Source: a virus
DNA: 12,853 nucleotides
Virus genome (UHGV): UHGV-1704341
Reading direction: 5' to 3' (one strand)
Positions within the stretch are counted from its first letter, which is position 1, and every line of letters starts with the position of its first letter. The notes under the pieces were generated by a model. The model worked only from the letters and a program-made list of their open reading frames with translations. It made no database searches and was not told where the DNA came from. The position numbers were made by a program, and so were the translations under genes. Shown here piece after piece: positions 1-6,991 of this stretch.

Positions 1-423
1 TCCCGCCAAAGCAGTGGCTGTTGTGGTGGGGTTGTCACTCAGGCGTATGGTCAACCTGACAATCCGGTGTCCTCAACGGGGAAAGAGTAACCCCGCCATA
101 CTTACCGCCGCGCCATTTCGCGGATTACCACAACGCTGAGAGCACTTAGCCAGTTCGGCGCCACACTTTGTCTCGGCTCCATAAATGCTCTTATCGTTGC
201 ACCCTGGTCTCTTCCCAGGCGTCAAACCGAATCGCCACGCTGGTTAGGCGTCTTATCAGCATCATCATTGACTTGCACATTCCGGCTACCTGGTTTGTTT
301 GCCCGAGCAAGGAGTGGATTGTCCCCTTTAACGTCTCCAGACCGCTAACGACGCATGTGCCATACGCCGTGTTACAACCAAACTTTGTTTGAATCTTGCC
401 TGTTGCATGTTTCTTTTGGATAC

Positions 424-451
424 ATTATGTATCCCAAAGGTACATTGTCAA
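424..451 (-). promoter_or_regulatory. Putative leftward early promoter (PL-like) overlapping short palindromes
   Basis: On the minus strand: TTGACA (plus 446-451), 16-bp spacer, CATAAT (plus 424-429). Short palindromes tacattatgta (421-431) and tacattgta (441-449) overlap the hexamers. Position just beyond the repressor terminator matches lambdoid PL/OL layout. Confidence 0.4.
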
Positions 452-453
452 GT

Positions 454-478
454 ATAAAAAAACCTGCCGAAGCAGGTT
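454..478 (-). terminator. Intrinsic terminator downstream of the repressor gene
   Basis: Inverted repeat aacctgc/gcaggtt (461-467 and 472-478) with a 4-nt loop that reads UUCG on the minus strand, followed on the minus strand by a run of 7 U (plus 454-460 is A-rich). Lies immediately 3' of the repressor stop at 491. Confidence 0.6.
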
Positions 479-490
479 CATAAATATTGA

Positions 491-1165
491 TTAGGTCTTT
501 ATTTTGTATCTTCTTGGTTTTCCCGAGAAAATCACTGTACCAATTATAGAGCAATTACCGTTGATCTTAATGTAAGGTTCAGGCCAGTTTGGGTTTAATG
601 CTTTGAGGTAACGCTGTGTTCCATCTTCTATCAACCGCTTGAAGGTGGTTTCGCCTGTATCGTGCATCAATGCAATAACGTCGTCACCGTGGCAGGCAGG
701 GACTTCAGGATCAACAAAAATCATGTCTCCTGGGCGGTACTCATCAATCATTGAATCACCAATCACCCGCAAGATATAAGTCATTTCACCACAGGGTACA
801 GGGCAGGGATAAGTTTCTGCTGTGCTCAAATCAACCTCAGAATAACCAACTTCTTTCCATGCTCCGGCCTGTACCCATGATATGACAGGGACTAACGTTA
901 TTTGTTTGTTAGTGATTGAAACATCAGGTTTTTTTGTGATGTTCGTTGTCTGGTGTTCTTGATCAAGCCATCCGACAGGCAGGTCGAAACATTTTTCGAT
1001 GTGCCGTGCCATGCTGTCACCGATATTTTTAGTTGCACCATCTCCCATAAACCTGCTGGTCTGGGTCGGCTCGCGATCAATCATGGTGGCAAAGGAAGAA
1101 TTCCCGCCAACACCATCTCTCAGTTTTCTGGCGTTAGACCGCCGGATGTCATGGACGGATGTCAT
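491..1165 (-). CDS. CI-type phage repressor (N-terminal DNA-binding region plus C-terminal S24 LexA-like peptidase domain)
   Basis: 224-aa ORF. C-terminal half carries the S24 autocleavage signature (VIGDSM, then an ...IFV.P... block) typical of CI/LexA/UmuD. N-terminal part ends ...LPVGWLD as in phage repressor HTH domains. Divergent to the Cro-like gene across an operator region. The start codon lies inside a 13-bp tandem duplication (see findings). Confidence 0.88.
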   Translation of the reverse strand: MTSVHDIRRSNARKLRDGVGGNSSFATMIDREPTQTSRFMGDGATKNIGDSMARHIEKCFDLPVGWLDQEHQTTNITKKPDVSITNKQITLVPVISWVQAGAWKEVGYSEVDLSTAETYPCPVPCGEMTYILRVIGDSMIDEYRPGDMIFVDPEVPACHGDDVIALMHDTGETTFKRLIEDGTQRYLKALNPNWPEPYIKINGNCSIIGTVIFSGKPRRYKIKT

Positions 1166-1168
1166 GGA
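1143..1168. repeat. Perfect 13-bp tandem duplication (cggatgtcatgga x2) spanning the repressor start codon
   Basis: Units at 1143-1155 and 1156-1168 are identical. Removing one copy puts the upstream ATG (minus strand, plus 1178-1176) in frame with the repressor body, giving MKTVHDIRRSNARKL... Confidence 0.85.
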
Positions 1169-1184
1169 CTGTTTTCATAATGAA

Positions 1185-1266
1185 ATTAAAACCCTTGTAC
1201 CGTTAAGGTACAAGTATCTTGAAGGTTCATTTTAATCATGTAATATGTACATCGGAGGTACATATT
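1185..1266. promoter_or_regulatory. Right operator/promoter region (putative PRM leftward, PR rightward, two palindromic operators)
   Basis: Palindrome cttgtacc-gttaa-ggtacaag (1194-1214) and palindrome aatatgtac-atcggag-gtacatatt (1242-1266); the second overlaps the Cro RBS. Putative PR: TTGAAG (1219-1224), 16 bp, TAATAT (1241-1246). Putative PRM on minus: TTGTAC (plus 1208-1213), 17 bp, TTTAAT (plus 1185-1190), placing the start site on the A of the ATG at 1178 (leaderless, lambda-PRM-like). Confidence 0.5.
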
Positions 1267-1268
1267 GT

Positions 1269-1382
1269 ATGAAAGCGTATTGGGACTCTTTAACCAAAGA
1301 ACAGCAGGGCGAGTTGGCCGGAAAAGTTGGCTCAACACCAGGCTACTTACGGCTGGTTTTCAATGGTTATAAACTGACTTAA
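1269..1382 (+). CDS. Short Cro-like HTH protein (37 aa)
   Basis: ATG at 1269 preceded by GGAGG (1254-1258). Product MKAYWDSLTKEQQGELAGKVGSTPGYLRLVFNGYKLT has an HTH-like core. First gene of the rightward operon, divergent from the repressor. Below the 60-aa cutoff of the ORF track. Confidence 0.5.
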   Translation: MKAYWDSLTKEQQGELAGKVGSTPGYLRLVFNGYKLT

Positions 1383-1439
1383 GACCGGATATCTATCCGA
1401 AAGATTAACAGAACACCTTCAATTTTTAACCACAGAACG

Positions 1440-1721
1440 ATGAGGCTAACCGTGGGTAAGCATCACTGGAAAGTAGAAAAACAGCCTGAGTGGTACGTGA
1501 AAGCTGTCAGAAAAACTATCGCGGCATTGCCGGGGGGTTACGCTGAAGCTGCTGACTGGCTGGATGTAACAGAGAACGCATTATTTAACCGCCTTCGTGC
1601 CGATGGCGATCAGATTTTCCCGCTGGGATGGGCAATGGTTTTACAGCGTGCTGCTGGCACTCACCACATTGCCGGATGCAGTCGCACAGTCTGCTGGTGG
1701 GGTGTTTGTATCGCTTCCTGA
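1440..1721 (+). CDS. CII-like early regulator, N-terminal segment (frame 0); probably one gene with 1597-2010
   Basis: 93-aa ORF with an HTH-like stretch (TIAALPGGYAEAADWLDVTENALFNRL...) whose layout resembles lambda CII. The last ~20 residues ([20 protein letters not shown]) look non-protein-like, suggesting a frame change before 1721. Confidence 0.45.
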   Translation: MRLTVGKHHWKVEKQPEWYVKAVRKTIAALPGGYAEAADWLDVTENALFNRLRADGDQIFPLGWAMVLQRAAGTHHIAGCSRTVCWWGVCIAS

Positions 1722-2010
1722 AATTGAGGAAGTAGAGAACGCCGATATCAACCAACGCCTGCTGGAGGTCATTGAACAGATCGGCAGTTATTCAAAACAG
1801 ATTCGTTCAGCAATTGAAGACGGGGTGGTGGAACCACACGAGCAGGCAGCAATTAACGACGAACTGTACCTGTCAATTTCGAAGCTGCAGGAGCATGCAG
1901 CACTGGTCTACAAAATCTTTTGCATTTCAGAAAGTAATGACGCCCGCGAGTGTGCAGCTCCGGGCGTCGTGGCGTCGATTGCTTCTGGTTGTGGAGAAAC
2001 TAACGCATGA
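1597..2010 (+). CDS. C-terminal segment of the CII-like gene (frame 1), helical tail
   Basis: Frame 1 is open from 1570 and has no convincing RBS or start (GTG 1597, ATG 1603). Translation is helix-like ([35 protein letters not shown]...). Its stop overlaps the next start (ATGA at 2007-2010). Confidence 0.4.
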   Translation: MPMAIRFSRWDGQWFYSVLLALTTLPDAVAQSAGGVFVSLPEIEEVENADINQRLLEVIEQIGSYSKQIRSAIEDGVVEPHEQAAINDELYLSISKLQEHAALVYKIFCISESNDARECAAPGVVASIASGCGETNA

Positions 2011-2345
2011 ACAGTTTAACAACACCCTACCGTCGCTCGCAACTGATTGCGCTTCCTGTACCGGGTGGAAAAGCGAAGGTGGAGTATTGCTATGCAGTGA
2101 ATGTACCAGGTGACAGGGAAATTGTAACCCACAGCTTTGCAGAGTGGGCTGTGGGTGATTTCAACCGGCAGAAGGAGACAGTCCTTTGCGACAAATTAAC
2201 CGCTGGTTCAAAGATCACTACGGAGTACCCGTCAGAGTCATTCGTTGGGAGCCGGAAACACAACGGGTTATCTACCTCCGCGAAGGCTATGAGCATGAAT
2301 GCTTCAGTCCGCTCGAACAGTTTCGTCGTAAATTCAGGGAAATAG
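2007..2345 (+). CDS. Hypothetical early protein with probable frame break (C-terminal part likely continues in frame 2 to 2365)
   Basis: ATG 2007 overlaps the upstream stop. The N-terminal ~60 aa look protein-like; the frame-0 tail is Ser-rich and low-complexity. Frame 2 from ~2186 to 2365 encodes a protein-like sequence ([56 protein letters not shown]) whose stop overlaps the O start. Confidence 0.4.
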   Translation: MNSLTTPYRRSQLIALPVPGGKAKVEYCYAVNVPGDREIVTHSFAEWAVGDFNRQKETVLCDKLTAGSKITTEYPSESFVGSRKHNGLSTSAKAMSMNASVRSNSFVVNSGK

Positions 2346-2354
2346 AGGTCGGTC

Positions 2355-3305
2355 ATGAGCACTAAATTAACCGGCTATGTATGGGATGGTTGCGCAGCGT
2401 CAGGCATGAAATTATCCAGTGTGGCAATTATGGCCCGCCTGGCTGATTTCAGTAATGACGAAGGTGTGTGCTGGCCATCAATTGAAACCATTGCCCGCCA
2501 GATTGGCGCAGGGGTGAGTACTGTAAGAACGGCTATCGCACGGCTGGAAGCAGAAGGCTGGTTAACGCGTAAGGCGCGTCGCCAGGGTAACCGCAATGCG
2601 TCGAACGTCTATCAGCTTAACGTTGCAAAGCTTCAGGCTGCGGCACTTTCTCAACTGTCAGATTCTGACCCGTCAAAATCTGACGCATCAAAATCTGACC
2701 CGTCAAAATTTGATGCGTCGAAATCTGGCAAAAAAGCGGGTTTTCACCCGTCAGAATCTGGCGGGGATCCGTCAGTAAAATCAAAACATGATCCGTCAGA
2801 TAAAAAACCTTCTCGTCCGGACGCTTCGCAACCGGACACGCAGAAGGCTGAACAGGATTTTTTAACTCGCCATCCTGATGATCCTGATGCGGTTGTATTC
2901 AGCCCTAAAAAGCGCCAGTGGGGAACGCAGGATGATTTGACCTGCGCACAGTGGCTCTGGAAAAAAATCATCGCCCTGTACGAGCAGGCCGCCGAATGTG
3001 ACGGCGAGGTGGTACGTCCGAAAGAACCGAACTGGACAGCTTGGGCAAATGAAATTCGCCTGATGTGTGTACAGGACGGTCGTACCCACAAACAAATCTG
3101 CGAGATGTACAACCGTGTCAGCCGCGACCCGTTCTGGTGCCGTAACGTGCTCAGCCCGTCGAAGCTGCGGGAAAAATGGGATGAACTTTCCCTGCGCTTA
3201 TCGCCGTCCGTCAGCACGTACACAGAAAAACGCGAAGACCCGTACTTCAAAGCCAGTTACGACAATGTGGACTACAGCCAGATCCCGGCAGGATTCAGGG
3301 GGTGA
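2355..3305 (+). CDS. Replication initiator, lambda O-like (C-terminal domain similar to lambda O; distinct N-terminal domain)
   Basis: 316-aa ORF. The C-terminal stretch WGTQDDLTCAQW...NWTAWANEIRLM...DGRTH...FWCRNVLSPSKLREKW parallels the lambda O C-terminal domain as I recall it. A pentapeptide-repeat linker (SDPSK/SDASK) is encoded by the iterons. Confidence 0.85.
   Translation: MSTKLTGYVWDGCAASGMKLSSVAIMARLADFSNDEGVCWPSIETIARQIGAGVSTVRTAIARLEAEGWLTRKARRQGNRNASNVYQLNVAKLQAAALSQLSDSDPSKSDASKSDPSKFDASKSGKKAGFHPSESGGDPSVKSKHDPSDKKPSRPDASQPDTQKAEQDFLTRHPDDPDAVVFSPKKRQWGTQDDLTCAQWLWKKIIALYEQAAECDGEVVRPKEPNWTAWANEIRLMCVQDGRTHKQICEMYNRVSRDPFWCRNVLSPSKLREKWDELSLRLSPSVSTYTEKREDPYFKASYDNVDYSQIPAGFRG
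2665..2810. repeat. ori-like iteron array inside the O gene, followed by an A-rich tract
   Basis: Four 15-bp repeats (tctgacccgtcaaaa / tctgacgcatcaaaa / tctgacccgtcaaaa / tttgatgcgtcgaaa, 2665-2724) with internal dyad symmetry, three further ccgtcag repeats (2748-2799), then an A-rich stretch (2800-2807). Same arrangement as lambda ori within O. Confidence 0.6.
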
Positions 3306-3307
3306 TA

Positions 3308-3790
3308 ATGAGCCTTTTGAATGACGTTCAGAAATTCATTGAAGCCCATCCGGGGTGTACTTCCGGAGACATTGCGGATGCTTTTGCAGGTTACTCACGG
3401 CAGCGCGTTCTGCAGTCAGCAAGCAAGTTACGTCAGAGTGGGCGTGTGGCTCACCGTTGTGAAGGGGATACACGCAGACATTTCCCGCGCCAGGCTGAGA
3501 TATTGCAGGAGCCGGAACCAGTTTGTGAAACCAGACCTGTGCGCAATTTCTATGTCGGCACTAACGACCCCCGGGTGATTTTGTGCCTGACCCGCCAGGC
3601 TGAAGAACTGGAGTCCAGGGGCTTATTCCGTCGAGCTGCAACGGTGTGGATGGAGGCATTCCGTGAAAGCCACTCCCAGCCAGAACGAAACAATTTTCTG
3701 GCGCATCGTGAGCGGTGCTTACGGAAAAGCAGCAAGCGCGCTGCATCGGGTGAAGAGTGGTATCTGTCAGGGAATTACGTGGGGGCTTAA
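3308..3790 (+). CDS. Hypothetical protein in the position of a helicase loader (possible winged-helix N-terminus)
   Basis: ATG 3308 follows a G-rich SD-like stretch (aggggg) and sits 3 nt after the O stop. 160-aa product shows no recognisable similarity to lambda P or DnaC-type loaders. Stop overlaps the next start (TAATG at 3788-3792). Confidence 0.55.
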   Translation: MSLLNDVQKFIEAHPGCTSGDIADAFAGYSRQRVLQSASKLRQSGRVAHRCEGDTRRHFPRQAEILQEPEPVCETRPVRNFYVGTNDPRVILCLTRQAEELESRGLFRRAATVWMEAFRESHSQPERNNFLAHRERCLRKSSKRAASGEEWYLSGNYVGA

Positions 3791-4443
3791 TGAGTAATAA
3801 ATATTGCCAGGCGCTGGTGGAACTGCGGAACAAACCAGCCCATGAACTGAAGGACGTGGGCGATCAGTGGCGCACGCCGGACAACATTTTCTGGGGAATT
3901 AACACCCTGTTTGGCCCGTTTGTTCTGGATCTGTTCACTGACGGTGATAACGCCAAATGTGCTGCGTATTACACGGCGGAAGACAACGCGCTGGCGCATG
4001 ACTGGTCAGAACGTCTTGCGGAGCTTAAAGGTGCTGCCTTTGGTAATCCCCCATACAGCCGCGCCAGTCAGCATGAGGGGCAATACATCACCGGCATGCG
4101 TTACATCATGAAGCATGCCAGTGCCATGCGTGATAAGGGCGGGCGCTATGTTTTCCTGATCAAAGCTGCCACCAGCGAAGTTTGGTGGCCGGAAGATGCA
4201 GACCATATTGCTTTTATTCGCGGGCGTATTGGTTTTGAACTGCCTGCCTGGTTTATCCCGAAGGATGAGAAGCAGGTGCCGACAGGAGCGTTCTTCGCTG
4301 GTGCTATTGCTGTTTTCGACAAGACCTGGAAGGGACCGGCAATCAGCTACATCGGGCGCGATGAACTTGAGGCATGTGGTGAGGCCTTTCTGGCGCAGGT
4401 TCGCCAGCAGGCGGAAAAACTGGTCAGGGAGATGGCGGCATGA
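3790..4443 (+). CDS. Phage-type N6-adenine DNA methyltransferase (Dam family)
   Basis: Contains ...W.TP...F... near the N-terminus, NAKC..YYT, and the catalytic motif FGNPPYS, which are typical of phage Dam-like methyltransferases. Translationally coupled on both sides. Confidence 0.75.
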   Translation: MSNKYCQALVELRNKPAHELKDVGDQWRTPDNIFWGINTLFGPFVLDLFTDGDNAKCAAYYTAEDNALAHDWSERLAELKGAAFGNPPYSRASQHEGQYITGMRYIMKHASAMRDKGGRYVFLIKAATSEVWWPEDADHIAFIRGRIGFELPAWFIPKDEKQVPTGAFFAGAIAVFDKTWKGPAISYIGRDELEACGEAFLAQVRQQAEKLVREMAA

Positions 4444-4766
4444 CGACGTTAACTCAATGCCAGCAGCAGGTGCTGGATATGCTGATTTCTTACCAGAAAG
4501 AACGTGGCTTCCCGCCAACCAATCAGGAGGTGGCAACCATGCTGGGATACCGTTCAGTGAATGCAGCGGTGGAGCATCTTCGCGCACTGGAGAAAAAAGG
4601 CGTCATCACGATAAAGCGTGGCGTGGCCCGGGGGATCACGCTTCATACCGCAGTGAAGGACGACGACAGCGAAGCGGTCGGTATCATCCGCGCACTGCTT
4701 GCCGGTGAGGAGAACGCTAGGTTGCGTGCAGCCCACTGGTTACATGAGAGGGGCCTGAAAGTATGA
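4440..4766 (+). CDS. LexA N-terminal DNA-binding-domain-like protein lacking the S24 peptidase domain
   Basis: Residues 1-70 align with the E. coli LexA DNA-binding domain as I recall it (LT.RQQ.V.D.I....G.PPT..E.A..LG.RS.NAA.EHL.AL..KGVI.I..G..RGI.L), including the recognition-helix core NAA.EHL. The product is only 108 aa and its C-terminal tail is unrelated to the LexA catalytic domain. Confidence 0.65.
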   Translation: MTTLTQCQQQVLDMLISYQKERGFPPTNQEVATMLGYRSVNAAVEHLRALEKKGVITIKRGVARGITLHTAVKDDDSEAVGIIRALLAGEENARLRAAHWLHERGLKV

Positions 4767-5152
4767 AGTTGATCCTTCCTTTCCCGCCCAGTGTGAACAC
4801 GTACTGGCGACACCCCAACAAAGGGGCATTTGCTGGTAAGAGCCTGATAAGCGAGGCGGGGCGAAAATTTCAGAGCGCGGCGTGCGCAGCAATAGTTGAG
4901 CAGTTACGTCGTCTGCCGAAACCAACGTCGGCACCTGCTTCAGTGGAGATCGTGTTGTTTCCTCCGGATAACCGGATCCGCGATCTGGACAACTATAACA
5001 AGGCTCTGTTTGACGCCCTGACCCACGCGGGTGTGTGGGAAGACGACAGACAGGTGAAAAGAATGCTGGTGGAGTGGGGACCGGTTATCCCGAAAGGGAA
5101 GGTCGAGATCACTATCAGTAAGTATGAGAAACCGGCGGGTGCAGCCGCCTGA
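4763..5152 (+). CDS. rusA: RusA-family Holliday junction resolvase
   Basis: 129-aa product with the RusA-like N-terminus (LPFPPSVNTYWRH) and the conserved acidic block (RDLDNYNKALFDALT...W.DD.QV). Typical nin-region gene. Confidence 0.85.
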   Translation: MKLILPFPPSVNTYWRHPNKGAFAGKSLISEAGRKFQSAACAAIVEQLRRLPKPTSAPASVEIVLFPPDNRIRDLDNYNKALFDALTHAGVWEDDRQVKRMLVEWGPVIPKGKVEITISKYEKPAGAAA

Positions 5153-5171
5153 TTAAGAGGAGAAACGAAGT

Positions 5172-5981
5172 ATGAATAATCTGATGGTCATTGATGGTAT
5201 TGAAGTTCGTCGTGATGCTTATGGGCGTTACAGCCTGAACGATCTGCATCGCGCAGCAGTAGCATCTGGTGCAAATGCCAGAACCAAGGAGCCAGGAAAG
5301 TTTCTTTCCAGCCAACAAACTGTTGAGCTTATTCATGAATTGACCAACACCCAGAATTTGGGTGTTGACCCGGTGAGTGTGATTCATGGGGGAAATGAAC
5401 GGGGAACGTATGTCTGCAAGGAACTGGTGTATGCCTATGCAATGTGGATCAGCCCGTCATTCCATCTGAAGGTGATCCGTACTTTCGACATGGTAACCAG
5501 CGCACCGGAAAAATTATCCGGACAGGCTGCTGACAAGATGCAGGCTGGTGTGATTCTGCTGGACTTTATGCGCCGGGAATTAAACCTGTCTAACTCTTCA
5601 GTGCTTGGTGCCTGTCAGAAACTCCAGGAGGCTGTTGGCTTACCGAATCTGGCACCGCGCTATGCCATTGATGCTCCTGCTGATGCACACGATGGCTCAA
5701 GTCGCCCGACACTGTCACTGAGTGCACTGCTGAAACAGTATGGTATACGCCTGACGGCTAATCAGGCATATCACCAGATGGTGAAACTGGGGATCGTCGA
5801 GCAGCGCGAACGATACAGCCGTACCGCGATTAACAACATCAAAAAATTCTGGTCGCTGACAGCGAAAGGTTGCATGTTCGGCAAGAACATCACCAGTCCC
5901 GCAAATCCGCGCGAGACGCAGCCGCATTTCTTCGAATCCCGATTCCCTGAGCTGTTAAAGCTGCTCGATACCGTTCATTGA
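5172..5981 (+). CDS. KilA-N domain protein (Roi/antirepressor-like)
   Basis: N-terminus MNNLMVIDGIEVRRDAYGRYSLNDLHRAAV...FLSSQQTVELIHEL matches the KilA-N pattern. RBS aagaggag upstream. 269 aa. Confidence 0.65.
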   Translation: MNNLMVIDGIEVRRDAYGRYSLNDLHRAAVASGANARTKEPGKFLSSQQTVELIHELTNTQNLGVDPVSVIHGGNERGTYVCKELVYAYAMWISPSFHLKVIRTFDMVTSAPEKLSGQAADKMQAGVILLDFMRRELNLSNSSVLGACQKLQEAVGLPNLAPRYAIDAPADAHDGSSRPTLSLSALLKQYGIRLTANQAYHQMVKLGIVEQRERYSRTAINNIKKFWSLTAKGCMFGKNITSPANPRETQPHFFESRFPELLKLLDTVH

Positions 5982-5982
5982 G

Positions 5983-6978
5983 GTGAACGTGAGAGCACTA
6001 CTGACCCCTGAAATTGCCCCGCGTATGGGGATCGTATTGTTCAGACCAGGTTCAGAGCTGATGCCCCTGTTTATGCAGGGGCGTGTCCTGCTGGAGCCTG
6101 AGCCGGAACGTTATTCATCTTTCGCCAGTGGTGCCGTTCCGGCGGCATCACAACCGCTGGCGGATGATCCTGCCGTTCGGGCCGTGTTCCGCAATGAGGC
6201 AGTGATCCGTCGTGCTGGTGGCGTGGAATGTCTTGAAAGCTGGTTACTTCGTGAAAAAGGCTGCCAGTGGCCTCATTCCGACTGGCACAGCGAGAACATG
6301 ACCACAATGCGACACGCGCCGGGCGCAATCCGTCTGTGCTGGCACTGCGATAACCAGCTGCGCGATCAGTTCACGGAACGGCTGGAATCAATGGCAACGG
6401 ATAACTGTGCCCGCTGGGTGTTGTCTGTTGTGCGTCGGGATCTCGGTTTTGATGACAGTCACGTTGTGACAATGCCGGAACTGTGCTGGTGGCTGGTTCG
6501 TAATGATCTGGCGGATGTCTTACCGGAAAGCGCAGCCCGTAAGGCACTGAGATTACCGAAGCCTGTTGTGCCATCTGTCACCCGGGAAAGTGACCTTGTG
6601 CCTTCGGTTCCTGCCACCAGCATCATCCAGGATAAAGCGAAAAAGGTGCTGGCGCTGAAAGTGGATCCGGAGTCGCCGGAGTCTTTTATGTTACGCCCCA
6701 AACGTCGCCGCTGGGTTAACGAAAAGTACACGCGCTGGGTTAAGACACAGCCGTGTGCATGTTGTGGAAAGTCTGCTGATGATCCCCACCACCTGATAGG
6801 CCACGGTCAGGGGGGAATGGGTACAAAAGCGCATGACCTCTTTGTGTTGCCTTTGTGCAGAAAGCATCACGACGAGCTGCATGCGGATACCGTGGCATTT
6901 GAAGAGAAGTATGGCTCCCAGTTGGAGCTGATATTTCGTTTTATCGATCGTGCGCTGGCAATAGGCGTACTGGCGTAA
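5983..6978 (+). CDS. DUF968-like (YdfU-like) nin-region protein with C-terminal Cys/His-rich motif
   Basis: 331-aa ORF with a GTG start directly after the upstream stop. C-terminus CACCG...HHLIGHG...LCRKHHDELH resembles the DUF968/YdfU family found upstream of Q in lambdoid prophages. The exact start is uncertain. Confidence 0.55.
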   Translation: MNVRALLTPEIAPRMGIVLFRPGSELMPLFMQGRVLLEPEPERYSSFASGAVPAASQPLADDPAVRAVFRNEAVIRRAGGVECLESWLLREKGCQWPHSDWHSENMTTMRHAPGAIRLCWHCDNQLRDQFTERLESMATDNCARWVLSVVRRDLGFDDSHVVTMPELCWWLVRNDLADVLPESAARKALRLPKPVVPSVTRESDLVPSVPATSIIQDKAKKVLALKVDPESPESFMLRPKRRRWVNEKYTRWVKTQPCACCGKSADDPHHLIGHGQGGMGTKAHDLFVLPLCRKHHDELHADTVAFEEKYGSQLELIFRFIDRALAIGVLA

Positions 6979-6991
6979 GTGGAGAACGAGC

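Noticed and set aside
186-222. Plus-strand boxA-like GCTCTTA followed by hairpin cctgg-tctcttc-ccagg
   Set aside because: The orientation is wrong for a leftward PL transcript, and nothing on the plus strand is expected to be transcribed through it toward the repressor gene. Treated as coincidence.
168-392. 74-aa plus-strand ORF in the leftward leader
   Set aside because: It starts with TTG and has no RBS, its composition is Cys/Ser-rich and not protein-like, and it lies antisense to the expected leftward early transcript. Probably a chance ORF.
372-554. 60-aa minus-strand ORF overlapping the repressor 3' end, terminator and PL-like promoter
   Set aside because: It overlaps a well-supported gene end and regulatory elements in another frame, with no start signals.
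1384-1397. Short inverted repeat cggata-tc-tatccg between the Cro-like and CII-like genes as a nutR or terminator
   Set aside because: The loop is too short for a stable RNA hairpin and there is no U-run and no boxA-like motif. It could be a protein-binding palindrome, but there is no supporting evidence.
1772-2113. 113-aa plus-strand ORF in frame 2 overlapping the CII-like gene tail and next gene
   Set aside because: Arg/Cys/Ser-rich, non-protein-like translation with no start signals. It is an alternative frame of better-supported coding sequence.
2090-2362. 90-aa minus-strand ORF antisense to the small early gene upstream of O
   Set aside because: Its codons are exactly aligned with the plus-strand frame-2 coding region, the usual shadow-ORF situation. 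It sits inside a densely packed plus-strand operon, and the plus-strand reading ends with a stop overlapping the O start.
2665-2724. The 15-bp repeats in the O gene as a CRISPR-like or VNTR array
   Set aside because: The repeats are contiguous with no spacers, have internal dyad symmetry, encode an in-frame pentapeptide linker, and are followed by an A-rich tract. This is the lambdoid ori-within-O arrangement, not CRISPR.
2744-3250. 168-aa minus-strand ORF inside the O gene
   Set aside because: It is antisense to a well-supported replication initiator and its translation is Ser/Arg-rich low-complexity sequence.
4196-4708. 170-aa plus-strand ORF overlapping the methyltransferase and LexA-like genes
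   Set aside because: It is an Arg-rich alternative frame of two well-supported genes, with no independent start signals.
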